A DNA stretch of 64,000 bases, taken from Escherichia coli (GTDB taxonomy: Bacteria > Pseudomonadota > Gammaproteobacteria > Enterobacterales > Enterobacteriaceae). Position 1 is the stretch's first letter. Every line of letters starts with the position of its first letter. The DNA lies in NCBI RefSeq assembly GCF_003334315.1, contig NZ_QOWR01000004.1; one strand, given 5' to 3'. Below, one piece after another: positions 22,655-35,345 of this stretch. The position numbers were made by a program, and so were the translations under genes. The notes below the pieces were generated by a model. It did no database searches and was not told where the DNA came from. It saw only the letters and a program-made list of their open reading frames with translations.

Positions 22655-22783
22655 TTAAGCTGATGTTAATCGAAACAAGCTTTAACCATAAAGATAGTGT
22701 AGTATGTTGCGCCTCAAAGCCAGGCCAGTTAAAACGTCGAGTCGTTTACTTAAGGCCTGAGGAGTTCAAACAGACTTTACTAT

Positions 22784-22814
22784 CAGTGAGTCAGATGTAA
22801 GTTCTGACTCACTG
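22784..22814 (+). other. Perfect 12-bp-stem hairpin in rluB 5' leader
   Basis: cagtgagtcaga (22784-22795) and tctgactcactg (22803-22814) are exact reverse complements separated by a 7-nt loop; no T-run follows; lies about 50 bp upstream of the rluB ATG. Confidence 0.5.
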
Positions 22815-22866
22815 TTGCACAAAAGCATATCAGACGCCTGGGAAGGCGACACCAAAAGGAAGCTCT

Positions 22867-23742
22867 ATGAGCGAAAAGCTACAGAAAGTGCTGGCGCGTG
22901 CCGGCCACGGTTCTCGCCGTGAAATCGAATCTATTATTGAAGCCGGTCGTGTGAGTGTTGATGGCAAAATTGCTAAACTCGGCGATCGCGTTGAAGTTAC
23001 CCCTGGATTGAAAATCCGTATCGATGGTCACCTTATTTCGGTACGTGAGTCCGCTGAACAAATTTGTCGCGTTCTGGCTTATTACAAACCGGAAGGTGAG
23101 TTGTGTACCCGTAACGATCCGGAAGGGCGTCCGACGGTGTTTGACCGTCTGCCAAAGCTGCGTGGCGCACGCTGGATTGCCGTAGGTCGTCTGGACGTTA
23201 ACACCTGTGGTCTGCTGCTGTTCACCACTGACGGTGAACTGGCAAACCGTTTAATGCATCCAAGCCGTGAAGTTGAACGTGAATACGCCGTGCGTGTATT
23301 TGGTCAGGTTGACGACGCGAAACTGCGTGATTTGAGTCGTGGCGTGCAACTGGAAGATGGTCCGGCAGCTTTTAAAACCATCAAGTTCAGCGGCGGCGAA
23401 GGGATCAACCAGTGGTACAACGTTACTCTGACCGAAGGCCGTAACCGTGAAGTTCGTCGTCTGTGGGAAGCGGTTGGTGTGCAGGTCAGCCGCCTGATCC
23501 GTGTTCGTTACGGTGATATCCCACTGCCAAAAGGTCTGCCACGCGGTGGCTGGACGGAGCTGGACCTCGCCCAGACTAACTATCTGCGCGAACTGGTGGA
23601 GCTACCGCCAGAAACCAGCTCTAAAGTCGCTGTAGAAAAAGACCGTCGTCGCATGAAGGCGAATCAGATTCGTCGTGCGGTGAAACGTCACAGTCAGGTG
23701 AGCGGCGGTCGTCGTTCTGGCGGACGTAATAATAACGGTTAA
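22867..23742 (+). CDS. rluB: 23S rRNA pseudouridine(2605) synthase RluB
   Basis: 291-aa ORF; N-terminal S4 domain, RsuA-family catalytic region, Arg/Gly-rich C-terminal tail; matches recalled RluB. Confidence 0.92.
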
Positions 23743-23749
23743 TCAAAGT

Positions 23750-23777
23750 ATGCCGGACGTCATATCCGGCATTTTTA
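23750..23777 (+). terminator. Intrinsic terminator after rluB
   Basis: Hairpin tgccgga...tccggca (23751-23770) followed by ttttt. Confidence 0.75.
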
Positions 23778-23781
23778 CAGA

Positions 23782-24372
23782 TTAATAATCGATCCCTATC
23801 TGCGCTTTTACACCGGCATCAAACGCATGTTTGACGGGGCGTAATTCACTTACCGTATCTGCCAGTTCAAGAATATCCCGATGACAACCACGACCCGTGA
23901 TAATCACCGTCTGTTGATGTGGACGTTCATTTAACGCCTGCACCACTTCTTCCAGTGGCAAATAGTCATACGCCACCATATACGTCAGTTCATCAAGCAA
24001 AACCATATCCAGTGAGGAATCAGCAAGCATCCGCTTTGCATGTTGCCAGACTTCGCGGCAGGCGGCGGTATCAGACTCGCGGTTTTGTGTATCCCAGGTA
24101 AAGCCCGTTGCCATCACCTGAAACTCAACGCCATGTGGCTCCAGCAGATTGCGTTCGCCATTAGGCCAGGTGCCTTTAATAAACTGCACGACGCCTACTT
24201 TTTTTCCGTGACCAACTGCGCGTGTTGCCGTACCAAATGCCGCGGTGGTTTTGCCTTTTCCATTGCCGGTAAAGACGATGATAATACCGCGTTCATCCTG
24301 GGCCTGGGCCACACGAGCATCTACTTTTTCTTTCACTCGCTGCTGACGCTGTTGGTAGCGTTCATCACTCAT
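23782..24372 (-). CDS. btuR: Cob(I)yrinic acid a,c-diamide adenosyltransferase
   Basis: 196-aa ORF; P-loop-like GNGKGKTT; matches recalled BtuR/CobA. Confidence 0.92.
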   Translation of the reverse strand: MSDERYQQRQQRVKEKVDARVAQAQDERGIIIVFTGNGKGKTTAAFGTATRAVGHGKKVGVVQFIKGTWPNGERNLLEPHGVEFQVMATGFTWDTQNRESDTAACREVWQHAKRMLADSSLDMVLLDELTYMVAYDYLPLEEVVQALNERPHQQTVIITGRGCHRDILELADTVSELRPVKHAFDAGVKAQIGIDY

Positions 24373-25127
24373 TGGGAAATTCCTAGTTTACGGCCCGGTT
24401 GGGCGTCAAAGGTCATGCCGGTTTTACGGCGGCTGTCATCGCCCATCAGCCAGAGGTAGAGCGGCATGATATCAGCGGGTGTTTTAAGTTTCTGTGGATC
24501 TTCGGTCGGGAAGGCGCTGGCACGCATTGCGGTGCGCGTACCGCCTGGGTTAATGCAGTTGACGCGCAGGCGCTGCTGATATTCATCGGCCAGTACCTGC
24601 ATCATCCCTTCGGTGGCAAATTTCGACGCTGCATATGCGCCCCAGTTGGCTCGTCCCTGACGTCCAACGCTTGATGAAGTAAAGACCAGTGAACCGGCGT
24701 CCGATTTGAGTAATAAAGGAAGCAGTGCCTGGGTGAGCATAAAGGTGGCATTAACGTTGACCTGTATGACGTCCTGCCAGACCTGTGGATTTTGTTCGCT
24801 CATTGGACAAACATCGCCGAGCAATCCGGCATTATGCAAAACACCATCCAGACGCGGATAATTAACGGCAATGCGCTGTGCCAGTTGTTGGCAATCTTCG
24901 GACGTGCAGGTCAGCAAATCGAGAATAAACCACTGTGGCTGACGCCCAGTTTCTTCGTTTATGTGGCTGGCTACCTGACGTAATTTTTCTTCATTACGGC
25001 CCAACAGAATCACTGTCGCACCATAGCGTGCATACGTCATCGCGGCTTCACGACCAATACCATCACTGGCTCCCGTCACCAGGATAATGCGATCATTGAG
25101 TAAATCTTGTTTTGGCTGGTAATGCAT
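24369..25127 (-). CDS. yciK: Short-chain dehydrogenase/reductase YciK
   Basis: 252-aa ORF; SDR cofactor motif TGASDGIG and catalytic YxxxK (YAASK); stop overlaps btuR start. Confidence 0.9.
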   Translation of the reverse strand: MHYQPKQDLLNDRIILVTGASDGIGREAAMTYARYGATVILLGRNEEKLRQVASHINEETGRQPQWFILDLLTCTSEDCQQLAQRIAVNYPRLDGVLHNAGLLGDVCPMSEQNPQVWQDVIQVNVNATFMLTQALLPLLLKSDAGSLVFTSSSVGRQGRANWGAYAASKFATEGMMQVLADEYQQRLRVNCINPGGTRTAMRASAFPTEDPQKLKTPADIMPLYLWLMGDDSRRKTGMTFDAQPGRKLGISQ

Positions 25128-25346
25128 GGCTACTCCTCAACGACGTTGTCTGTCGCGCTGCCAGTGTACTTTATGACTTTGGGGCTTTATGCCTGAAACA
25201 GAAGGGCATTTCAATCAGCCTGGGGCGATAACACCGCAAAATGGATACTTTGTCATACTTTCGCTGCAATAACATCTCTGCGAGACGGCTTAACATGCCT
25301 GTTGTAAACTGTGAGCCAAAGCGTTGTTTAACCAAGGTGGGGACTC

Positions 25347-26396
25347 GTGGAATTGTTGTCTGAATATGGTTTGTTTTTGGCGAAAATCGTTACCGTTGTG
25401 CTAGCGATTGCGGCGATTGCCGCCATTATTGTCAATGTTGCTCAACGTAATAAACGCCAGCGTGGCGAGTTACGGGTCAACAATCTCAGCGAACAGTATA
25501 AGGAGATGAAAGAAGAACTGGCCGCGGCGCTGATGGACTCACATCAGCAAAAACAGTGGCACAAAGCGCAGAAGAAAAAGCATAAGCAAGAAGCGAAAGC
25601 AGCAAAAGCGAAAGCCAAACTGGGCGAGGTGGCAACTGACAGTAAACCCCGCGTCTGGGTGCTGGATTTTAAAGGCAGCATGGACGCCCATGAAGTGAAC
25701 TCGCTACGTGAAGAGATAACGGCTGTACTCGCAGCATTCAAACCGCAGGATCAGGTTGTGCTACGTCTGGAAAGCCCTGGTGGCATGGTGCATGGTTACG
25801 GGTTGGCGGCTTCGCAGCTGCAGCGTCTGCGTGATAAAAACATTCCTTTAACTGTTACGGTAGACAAAGTCGCTGCCAGCGGCGGTTACATGATGGCCTG
25901 TGTGGCGGACAAAATTGTTTCCGCACCGTTTGCTATTGTGGGTTCCATTGGCGTGGTGGCGCAAATGCCCAACTTTAACCGCTTCCTGAAAAGCAAAGAT
26001 ATTGATATCGAACTGCACACCGCCGGGCAGTATAAGCGCACGCTGACCTTGCTGGGTGAAAACACCGAAGAAGGGCGGGAGAAATTCCGCGAAGAGCTGA
26101 ACGAAACGCATCAGTTATTTAAAGATTTTGTGAAGCGTATGCGTCCGTCTCTGGATATTGAACAGGTGGCAACGGGTGAACACTGGTACGGACAACAGGC
26201 GGTAGAGAAAGGCCTGGTTGATGAAATCAACACCAGTGATGAAGTTATTCTTAGCCTGATGGAAGGCCGTGAAGTGGTTAATGTACGCTATATGCAGCGT
26301 AAACGACTCATTGACCGATTCACCGGCAGCGCGGCAGAGAGCGCCGATCGATTGTTGTTACGCTGGTGGCAGCGGGGTCAAAAGCCATTGATGTAA
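25347..26396 (+). CDS. sohB: S49-family periplasmic serine peptidase SohB
   Basis: 349-aa ORF with N-terminal TM anchor and ClpP/crotonase-like protease domain; matches recalled SohB. Confidence 0.92.
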   Translation: MELLSEYGLFLAKIVTVVLAIAAIAAIIVNVAQRNKRQRGELRVNNLSEQYKEMKEELAAALMDSHQQKQWHKAQKKKHKQEAKAAKAKAKLGEVATDSKPRVWVLDFKGSMDAHEVNSLREEITAVLAAFKPQDQVVLRLESPGGMVHGYGLAASQLQRLRDKNIPLTVTVDKVAASGGYMMACVADKIVSAPFAIVGSIGVVAQMPNFNRFLKSKDIDIELHTAGQYKRTLTLLGENTEEGREKFREELNETHQLFKDFVKRMRPSLDIEQVATGEHWYGQQAVEKGLVDEINTSDEVILSLMEGREVVNVRYMQRKRLIDRFTGSAAESADRLLLRWWQRGQKPLM

Positions 26397-26402
26397 AAGA
26401 CA

Positions 26403-26433
26403 AACGCGAGGGTAAGACCTCGCGTTTTGCTTT
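26403..26433. terminator. Terminator between convergent sohB and yciN
   Basis: Hairpin cgcgagg-gtaaga-cctcgcg followed by ttttgcttt; A/T-rich on the other side as well. Confidence 0.75.
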
Positions 26434-26683
26434 AATCAACCAGGTGATATTTTTCTGAAAGCACATGGGCCAGGTGTTTGAACATATTAAACACCGCGGT
26501 GCTTTTGGCTGTTGGCAATCCTTGTTCATCTAAAAAGTAGTCGCCGGTAAATACCAGCACGCCATTACGCTGCGTGACGCCGGTGGCTTCAATCCCTGCG
26601 AGCGTATCCTCATGCTCACGAATGATTTTGTTGGCCTCTTTCAACAGCGTTTCGCGGTCGATGGGTTGTGTCTCTTTGTTCAT
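26432..26683 (-). CDS. yciN: DUF2498 protein YciN
   Basis: 83-aa [39 protein letters not shown]...; matches recalled YciN. Confidence 0.88.
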
Positions 26684-27062
26684 TATTTACTCCTTAAACA
26701 AGGACATTAGTCTACGCCAGGCATGGCTTGCAGACAAATATACCACGCTGGTGGCAAGAGCGCCTTACTGGCAACTTTGGATTTTGCATGCTAATAAAGT
26801 TGCGTATCGGATTTTATCAGGTACAGTGTGACGCTTTCGTCAATCTGGCAATAGATTTGCTTGACATTCGACCAAAATTCCGTCGTGCTATAGCGCCTGT
26901 AGGCCAAGACCTGTTAACTCAGTCACCTGAATTTTCGTGAACAGAGTCACGACAAGGGGTTGATATCCGCAGAGAGCGAGTCCATATCGGTAACTCGTTG
27001 CCAGTGGAAGGTTTATCAACGTGCGACGCATTCCTGGAAGAATCAAATTAGGTAAGGTGAAT

Positions 27063-29660
27063 ATGGGTAAAGCTCTTGTCATCGTTGAGTCCCCGGCAAA
27101 AGCCAAAACGATCAACAAGTATCTGGGTAGTGACTACGTGGTGAAATCCAGCGTCGGTCACATCCGCGATTTGCCGACCAGTGGCTCAGCTGCCAAAAAG
27201 AGTGCCGACTCTACCTCCACCAAGACGGCTAAAAAGCCTAAAAAGGATGAACGTGGCGCTCTCGTCAACCGTATGGGGGTTGACCCGTGGCACAATTGGG
27301 AGGCGCACTATGAAGTGTTGCCTGGTAAAGAGAAGGTCGTCTCTGAACTGAAACAACTGGCTGAAAAAGCCGACCACATCTATCTCGCAACCGACCTTGA
27401 CCGCGAAGGGGAAGCCATTGCATGGCACCTGCGGGAAGTGATTGGTGGTGATGATGCGCGCTATAGCCGAGTGGTGTTTAACGAAATTACTAAAAACGCG
27501 ATCCGCCAGGCATTTAACAAACCGGGTGAGCTGAATATTGATCGTGTTAATGCCCAGCAGGCGCGTCGCTTTATGGACCGCGTGGTGGGGTATATGGTTT
27601 CGCCGCTGCTATGGAAAAAGATCGCTCGTGGTCTGTCTGCCGGTCGTGTGCAGTCGGTGGCGGTTCGCCTGGTGGTCGAGCGTGAGCGTGAAATTAAAGC
27701 GTTCGTGCCGGAAGAGTTCTGGGAAGTCGATGCCAGCACGACCACGCCATCTGGTGAAGCGTTGGCGTTGCAGGTGACTCATCAGAACGACAAACCGTTC
27801 CGTCCGGTCAACAAAGAACAAACTCAGGCTGCGGTAAGTCTGCTGGAAAAAGCGCGCTACAGCGTGCTGGAACGTGAAGACAAACCGACAACCAGTAAAC
27901 CTGGCGCTCCTTTTATTACCTCTACGCTGCAACAAGCTGCCAGCACCCGTCTTGGATTTGGCGTGAAAAAAACCATGATGATGGCGCAGCGTTTGTATGA
28001 AGCAGGCTATATCACTTACATGCGTACCGACTCCACTAACCTGAGTCAGGACGCGGTAAATATGGTTCGCGGTTATATCAGCGATAATTTTGGTAAGAAA
28101 TATCTGCCGGAAAGTCCGAATCAGTACGCCAGCAAAGAAAACTCACAGGAAGCGCACGAAGCGATTCGTCCTTCTGACGTCAATGTGATGGCGGAATCGC
28201 TGAAGGATATGGAAGCAGATGCGCAGAAACTGTACCAGTTAATCTGGCGTCAGTTCGTTGCCTGCCAGATGACCCCAGCGAAATATGACTCCACGACGCT
28301 GACCGTTGGTGCGGGCGATTTCCGCCTGAAAGCACGCGGTCGTATTTTGCGCTTTGATGGCTGGACGAAAGTGATGCCTGCACTGCGTAAAGGCGATGAA
28401 GATCGTATCTTACCGGCAGTCGATAAAGGCGATGCTCTGACGCTCGTTGAACTGACACCAGCCCAGCACTTTACCAAGCCGCCAGCCCGTTTCAGTGAAG
28501 CATCGCTGGTTAAAGAACTGGAAAAACGTGGTATCGGTCGTCCGTCTACCTATGCGTCGATCATTTCGACCATTCAGGATCGTGGCTATGTGCGAGTAGA
28601 AAATCGTCGTTTCTATGCGGAAAAAATGGGCGAAATCGTCACCGATCGCCTGGAAGAGAATTTCCGCGAGTTAATGAACTACGACTTCACCGCGCAGATG
28701 GAAAACAGCCTCGACCAGGTGGCAAATCACGAAGCAGAGTGGAAAGCTGTACTGGATCACTTCTTCTCGGATTTCACCCAGCAGTTAGATAAAGCTGAAA
28801 AAGATCCGGAAGAGGGTGGTATGCGCCCGAACCAGATGGTTCTGACCAGCATTGACTGCCCGACTTGTGGTCGCAAAATGGGGATTCGCACAGCGAGCAC
28901 CGGGGTATTCCTTGGCTGTTCTGGCTATGCGCTGCCGCCGAAAGAGCGTTGCAAAACCACCATTAACCTGGTGCCGGAAAACGAAGTGCTGAACGTGCTG
29001 GAAGGCGAAGACGCTGAAACCAACGCGCTGCGCGCAAAACGTCGTTGCCCGAAATGCGGCACGGCGATGGACAGCTATCTCATCGATCCGAAACGTAAGT
29101 TGCATGTCTGTGGTAATAACCCAACCTGCGACGGTTACGAGATCGAAGAGGGCGAATTCCGCATTAAAGGTTATGACGGCCCGATCGTTGAGTGTGAAAA
29201 ATGTGGCTCTGAAATGCACCTGAAAATGGGGCGTTTCGGTAAATACATGGCCTGCACCAACGAAGAGTGTAAAAACACACGTAAGATTTTACGTAACGGC
29301 GAAGTGGCACCACCGAAAGAAGATCCGGTGCCATTACCTGAGCTGCCGTGCGAAAAATCAGATGCTTATTTCGTGCTGCGTGACGGCGCTGCCGGTGTGT
29401 TCCTGGCTGCCAACACTTTCCCGAAATCGCGTGAAACGCGTGCGCCACTGGTGGAAGAGCTTTATCGCTTCCGCGACCGTCTGCCGGAAAAACTGCGTTA
29501 TCTGGCAGATGCGCCACAGCAGGATCCTGAAGGTAATAAGACCATGGTTCGCTTTAGCCGTAAAACCAAACAGCAATATGTCTCTTCGGAAAAAGACGGA
29601 AAGGCGACTGGCTGGTCAGCATTTTATGTTGATGGCAAATGGGTTGAAGGGAAAAAATAA
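27063..29660 (+). CDS. topA: DNA topoisomerase I
   Basis: ATG at 27063 gives 865 aa [22 protein letters not shown]...; Toprim and topo IA core; three C4 zinc-ribbon motifs in the C-terminal third (CPTCGRK..., CPKCGTA..., CEKCGSE...). Confidence 0.97.
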   Translation: MGKALVIVESPAKAKTINKYLGSDYVVKSSVGHIRDLPTSGSAAKKSADSTSTKTAKKPKKDERGALVNRMGVDPWHNWEAHYEVLPGKEKVVSELKQLAEKADHIYLATDLDREGEAIAWHLREVIGGDDARYSRVVFNEITKNAIRQAFNKPGELNIDRVNAQQARRFMDRVVGYMVSPLLWKKIARGLSAGRVQSVAVRLVVEREREIKAFVPEEFWEVDASTTTPSGEALALQVTHQNDKPFRPVNKEQTQAAVSLLEKARYSVLEREDKPTTSKPGAPFITSTLQQAASTRLGFGVKKTMMMAQRLYEAGYITYMRTDSTNLSQDAVNMVRGYISDNFGKKYLPESPNQYASKENSQEAHEAIRPSDVNVMAESLKDMEADAQKLYQLIWRQFVACQMTPAKYDSTTLTVGAGDFRLKARGRILRFDGWTKVMPALRKGDEDRILPAVDKGDALTLVELTPAQHFTKPPARFSEASLVKELEKRGIGRPSTYASIISTIQDRGYVRVENRRFYAEKMGEIVTDRLEENFRELMNYDFTAQMENSLDQVANHEAEWKAVLDHFFSDFTQQLDKAEKDPEEGGMRPNQMVLTSIDCPTCGRKMGIRTASTGVFLGCSGYALPPKERCKTTINLVPENEVLNVLEGEDAETNALRAKRRCPKCGTAMDSYLIDPKRKLHVCGNNPTCDGYEIEEGEFRIKGYDGPIVECEKCGSEMHLKMGRFGKYMACTNEECKNTRKILRNGEVAPPKEDPVPLPELPCEKSDAYFVLRDGAAGVFLAANTFPKSRETRAPLVEELYRFRDRLPEKLRYLADAPQQDPEGNKTMVRFSRKTKQQYVSSEKDGKATGWSAFYVDGKWVEGKK

Positions 29661-29690
29661 CCTTTAATTCTGTCAGGTTTTTATAAACAA

Positions 29691-29716
29691 AGGGTCGCGA
29701 AAGCGGCCCTTTTTTA
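29691..29716 (+). terminator. Intrinsic terminator after topA
   Basis: Imperfect hairpin gggtcgc-gaaa-gcggccc followed by tttttt. Confidence 0.7.
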
Positions 29717-29846
29717 TTGCATATTATTTTTTCTTCACACCTATACACTAAGGCTATAAATGATATAGTGGTTATAGTTAGCACCTTTTTTATTATTAAA
29801 TCGTATTAGTCACGCCGCCTGGTGTGACGAAAAAACGATGTTCTGA

Positions 29847-30845
<999 letters not shown>

Positions 30846-30861
30846 TTTCTTGCGTTATTTT

Positions 30862-30889
30862 CGGCACCTTTTATGTAGCGAAGGTGCCG
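30862..30889 (+). terminator. Putative terminator after cysB
   Basis: Inverted repeat cggcacctt / aaggtgccg with 10-nt loop; weak T-tract after. Confidence 0.5.
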
Positions 30890-31175
30890 GAATATATTCT
30901 CTTTTGTTACTTATTTGTATACCGTGCACAATATTTTTATCCCTCATATTTATAGGGTAAATTACCTGTAAAGTAGTGTCTAATTACCCGCCTCGCAAAT
31001 TCCAGTTTTCAAATATCTATTTCAGGTCAAAAGATTGAATTATTCACTGGAGACGATTCGTAAATTCGCTGGATTTTTGACTAAAGTTTCTTTAGGATTT
31101 GTCTCATCGTATGATTAATTACACCAATCGTTCAACGTCTTGCTGATAAGTGATGGCGATTATATGAGGTTAGCA

Positions 31176-31304
31176 ATGCCTTCTGGAAATCAGGAACCCC
31201 GCCGCGATCCTGAATTAAAACGTAAAGCCTGGCTGGCGGTTTTTCTTGGTTCTGCACTTTTCTGGGTGGTTGTCGCACTGCTGATTTGGAAAGTGTGGGG
31301 ATAA
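31176..31304 (+). CDS. ymiA: Small membrane protein YmiA (42 aa)
   Basis: ATG at 31176 to TAA at 31302-31304; product MPSGNQEPRRDPELKRKAWLAVFLGSALFWVVVALLIWKVWG has a single TM helix; below the 60-aa cutoff of the supplied track. Confidence 0.6.
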   Translation: MPSGNQEPRRDPELKRKAWLAVFLGSALFWVVVALLIWKVWG

Positions 31305-31306
31305 CT

Positions 31307-31474
31307 ATGGTCGGTCAGGAGCAACTGGAGTCGTCACCATTATGCCAGCATAGTGACAATGAAACAGAAACGAAACGGGAATGTTCCGTCGTTATTCCAG
31401 ACGACTGGCAACTAACATCGCAGCAGCAAGCCTTTATAGAACTGTTTGCTGAAGATGATCAGCCGAAACAATAA
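31307..31474 (+). CDS. yciX: Small protein YciX (55 aa)
   Basis: ATG at 31307, 2 nt after the ymiA stop; product MVGQEQLESSPLCQHSDNETETKRECSVVIPDDWQL...; supplied ORF 31286..31474 uses an upstream TTG. Confidence 0.6.
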   Translation: MVGQEQLESSPLCQHSDNETETKRECSVVIPDDWQLTSQQQAFIELFAEDDQPKQ

Positions 31475-31846
31475 TTATCATCATTCTTATTACCCATTTT
31501 TAATGAATTACAGGGCTTTTAATACACCGCAGCAATAACAGGTTGAGTTATCTCAACACAAAGTAATAACCGTTAAGGGTGTAGCCTATGATCAACACAA
31601 ATATGAAATATTGGTCCTGGATGGGCGCGTTTTCTCTGTCGATGCTCTTCTGGGCCGAACTCCTCTGGATCATTACTCACTGATCCCTGACCCCGTTGCG
31701 GCGGGGTTTTCATTTGCTTTGCCACAAGGTTTCTCCTCTTTTATCAATTTGGGTTGTTATCAAATCGTTACGCGATGTTTGTGTTATCTTTAATATTCAC
31801 CCTGAAGAGAATCAGGGCTTCGCAACCCTGTCATTAAGGAGGAGCT

Positions 31847-34522
31847 ATGTCGTCAACCCTACGAGAAGCCAGTAAGGACGCGTTGCAGGCCAAAGATAAA
31901 ACTTACCACTACTACAGCCTGCCGCTTGCTGCCAAATCACTGGGCGATATCACCCGTCTACCCAAGTCACTCAAAGTTTTGCTCGAAAACCTGCTGCGCT
32001 GGCAGGATGGTAACTCGGTTACCGAAGAGGATATCCACGCGCTGGCGGGATGGCTGAAAAATGCCCATGCTGACCGTGAAATTGCCTACCGCCCGGCAAG
32101 GGTGCTGATGCAGGACTTTACCGGCGTACCTGCCGTTGTTGATCTGGCGGCAATGCGCGAAGCGGTTAAACGCCTCGGCGGCGATACTGCAAAGGTTAAT
32201 CCGCTCTCACCGGTCGACCTGGTCATTGACCACTCGGTGACTGTCGATCGTTTTGGTGATGATGAGGCATTTGAAGAAAACGTACGCCTGGAAATGGAGC
32301 GCAACCACGAACGTTATGTGTTCCTGAAATGGGGAAAGCAGGCGTTCAGTCGGTTTAGCGTCGTGCCGCCAGGCACAGGCATTTGCCATCAGGTTAACCT
32401 CGAATATCTCGGCAAAGCAGTGTGGAGCGAATTGCAGGACGGTGAATGGATTGCTTATCCGGATACACTCGTTGGTACTGACTCGCACACCACCATGATC
32501 AACGGCCTTGGCGTGCTGGGGTGGGGCGTTGGTGGCATCGAAGCAGAAGCCGCAATGTTAGGCCAGCCGGTTTCCATGCTTATCCCGGACGTAGTGGGCT
32601 TCAAACTTACCGGAAAATTACGTGAAGGTATTACCGCCACAGACCTGGTTCTCACTGTTACCCAAATGCTGCGCAAACATGGCGTGGTGGGGAAATTCGT
32701 CGAATTTTATGGTGATGGTCTGGATTCACTACCGTTGGCGGATCGCGCCACCATTGCCAATATGTCGCCAGAATATGGTGCCACCTGTGGCTTCTTCCCA
32801 ATCGATGCTGTAACCCTCGATTACATGCGTTTAAGCGGGCGCAGCGAAGATCAGGTCGAGTTGGTCGAAAAATATGCCAAAGCGCAGGGCATGTGGCGTA
32901 ACCCGGGCGATGAACCGATTTTTACCAGTACGTTAGAACTGGATATGAATGACGTTGAAGCGAGCCTGGCAGGGCCAAAACGCCCACAGGATCGCGTTGC
33001 ACTGCCCGATGTACCAAAAGCATTTGCCGCCAGTAACGAACTGGAAGTGAATGCCACGCATAAAGATCGCCAGCCGGTCGATTATGTTATGAACGGACAT
33101 CAGTATCAGTTACCTGATGGCGCTGTGGTCATTGCTGCGATAACCTCGTGCACCAACACCTCTAACCCAAGTGTGCTGATGGCCGCAGGCTTGCTGGCGA
33201 AAAAAGCCGTAACTCTGGGCCTCAAGCGGCAACCATGGGTCAAAGCGTCGCTGGCACCGGGTTCGAAAGTCGTTTCTGATTATCTGGCAAAAGCGAAACT
33301 GACACCGTATCTCGACGAACTGGGGTTTAACCTTGTGGGATACGGTTGTACCACCTGTATTGGTAACTCTGGGCCGCTGCCCGATCCTATCGAAACGGCA
33401 ATCAAAAAAGGCGATTTAACCGTCGGTGCGGTGCTGTCCGGCAACCGTAACTTTGAAGGCCGTATCCATCCGCTGGTTAAAACTAACTGGCTGGCCTCGC
33501 CGCCGCTGGTGGTTGCCTATGCGCTGGCGGGAAATATGAATATCAACCTGGCTTCTGAGCCTATCGGCCATGATCGCAAAGGCGATCCGGTTTATCTGAA
33601 AGATATCTGGCCATCGGCACAAGAAATTGCCCGTGCGGTAGAACAAGTCTCCACAGAAATGTTCCGCAAAGAGTACGCAGAAGTTTTTGAAGGCACAGCA
33701 GAGTGGAAGGGAATTCACGTCACACGATCCGATACCTACGGTTGGCAGGAGGACTCAACCTATATTCGCTTATCGCCTTTCTTTGATGAAATGCAGGCAA
33801 CACCAGCACCAGTGGAAGATATTCACGGTGCGCGGATCCTCGCAATGCTGGGGGATTCAGTCACCACTGACCATATCTCTCCGGCGGGCAGTATTAAGCC
33901 CGACAGCCCAGCGGGTCGATATCTACAAGGTCGGGGTGTTGAGCGAAAAGACTTTAACTCCTACGGTTCGCGGCGTGGTAACCATGAAGTGATGATGCGC
34001 GGCACCTTCGCCAATATTCGCATCCGTAATGAAATGGTGCCTGGCGTTGAAGGGGGGATGACGCGGCATTTACCTTACAGCGACGTAGTCTCTATTTATG
34101 ATGCTGCGATGCGCTATAAGCAGGAGCAAACGCCGCTGGCGGTGATTGCCGGGAAAGAGTATGGATCAGGCTCCAGTCGTGACTGGGCGGCAAAAGGTCC
34201 GCGTCTGCTTGGTATTCGTGTGGTGATTGCCGAATCGTTTGAACGAATTCACCGTTCGAATTTAATTGGCATGGGCATCCTGCCGCTGGAATTTCCGCAA
34301 GGCGTAACGCGTAAAACGTTAGGGCTAACCGGGGAAGAGAAGATTGATATTGGCGATCTGCAAAACCTACAACCCGGCGCGACGGTTTCGGTGACGCTTA
34401 CGCGCGCGGATGGTAGCCAGGAAGTCGTACCCTGCCGTTGTCGTATCGACACCGCGACGGAGTTGACCTACTACCAGAACGACGGCATTTTGCATTATGT
34501 CATTCGTAATATGTTGAAGTAA
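31847..34522 (+). CDS. acnA: Aconitate hydratase A
   Basis: 891-aa [32 protein letters not shown]...; aconitase Fe-S ligand regions ([16 protein letters not shown]); matches recalled AcnA. Confidence 0.97.
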   Translation: MSSTLREASKDALQAKDKTYHYYSLPLAAKSLGDITRLPKSLKVLLENLLRWQDGNSVTEEDIHALAGWLKNAHADREIAYRPARVLMQDFTGVPAVVDLAAMREAVKRLGGDTAKVNPLSPVDLVIDHSVTVDRFGDDEAFEENVRLEMERNHERYVFLKWGKQAFSRFSVVPPGTGICHQVNLEYLGKAVWSELQDGEWIAYPDTLVGTDSHTTMINGLGVLGWGVGGIEAEAAMLGQPVSMLIPDVVGFKLTGKLREGITATDLVLTVTQMLRKHGVVGKFVEFYGDGLDSLPLADRATIANMSPEYGATCGFFPIDAVTLDYMRLSGRSEDQVELVEKYAKAQGMWRNPGDEPIFTSTLELDMNDVEASLAGPKRPQDRVALPDVPKAFAASNELEVNATHKDRQPVDYVMNGHQYQLPDGAVVIAAITSCTNTSNPSVLMAAGLLAKKAVTLGLKRQPWVKASLAPGSKVVSDYLAKAKLTPYLDELGFNLVGYGCTTCIGNSGPLPDPIETAIKKGDLTVGAVLSGNRNFEGRIHPLVKTNWLASPPLVVAYALAGNMNINLASEPIGHDRKGDPVYLKDIWPSAQEIARAVEQVSTEMFRKEYAEVFEGTAEWKGIHVTRSDTYGWQEDSTYIRLSPFFDEMQATPAPVEDIHGARILAMLGDSVTTDHISPAGSIKPDSPAGRYLQGRGVERKDFNSYGSRRGNHEVMMRGTFANIRIRNEMVPGVEGGMTRHLPYSDVVSIYDAAMRYKQEQTPLAVIAGKEYGSGSSRDWAAKGPRLLGIRVVIAESFERIHRSNLIGMGILPLEFPQGVTRKTLGLTGEEKIDIGDLQNLQPGATVSVTLTRADGSQEVVPCRCRIDTATELTYYQNDGILHYVIRNMLK

Positions 34523-34529
34523 CAACTAT

Positions 34530-34562
34530 TTGCTTGCCGGTTATTTTGCTTCCGGCAAGCAA
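34530..34562. terminator. Bidirectional terminator between convergent acnA and ribA
   Basis: 11-bp inverted repeat ttgcttgccgg / ccggcaagcaa with T-rich loop, flanked by A/T-rich sequence. Confidence 0.75.
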
Positions 34563-34585
34563 ATGAATTACACAATGCAAGAGGG

Positions 34586-35176
34586 TTATTTGTTCAGCAA
34601 ATGGCCCATTTTCTCGGCTTTGGTATCGAGATAATGTTCGTTATTGGGGTTACGACCTACAATCAATGGTACGCGTTCAACAATATTAATCCCTGCTTCG
34701 GTCAGAATTTCGACTTTTTTCGGGTTATTGGTTAACAAGCGGACTTCATTGACGCCAAGGAGTTTGAACATATCAGCGCAAAGAGTGAAGTCGCGCTCAT
34801 CAGCGGCGAAGCCTAACTGGTGGTTAGCCTCTACGGTATCGTAACCTTGATCCTGCAGTGCGTAAGCGCGGATTTTATTCAGCAGACCAATGTTACGACC
34901 TTCCTGACGGTGATACAGCAAAATACCACGGCCTTCCTCGGCAATTTGCGTCAATGCCGCTTCGAGCTGGAAGCCACAATCGCAGCGCAAGCTGAACAGG
35001 GCGTCACCGGTCAGACATTCGGAATGGACGCGCGCAAGTACCGGGGTATGCCCGGAAATATCGCCATAGACTAGCGCGACATGATCGTGTCCGGTTGCCA
35101 GTTCTTCAAATCCCACCATCAGGAAATCGCCCCATGGGGTTGGCAGTTTGGCTTCTGCCACACGTTTAAGCTGCAT
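34586..35176 (-). CDS. ribA: GTP cyclohydrolase II
   Basis: Internal ATG at 35176 gives 196 aa [18 protein letters not shown]...; zinc-binding [14 protein letters not shown] motif present. Confidence 0.95.
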
Positions 35177-35345
35177 GAAATTCTCCAGATAATGCTGGTT
35201 CTGTATTGGCTTATTTTGCCATAACGAGAAGGGGTTCACCTAATCACGACGCGTCGATCGTTCACGGAATGGCACAAATCTGTCAATTTTTCCTGGAACT
35301 GGCGTTTTCAGTTATGATTGTGGGACTTATCAAAAAGGAGAGGCC

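Noticed and set aside
27021-27062. N-terminally extended ORF calls in the supplied track for topA, tonB (7051), pyrF (37877), ribA (35239), yciW (46199), puuP (55255), puuC (58662), pspF (63942), yciF, yciG, yciU, yciO and puuD
   Set aside because: Internal start codons reproduce the native N-termini and protein lengths I recall for these proteins; the extensions run into promoters or repeats.
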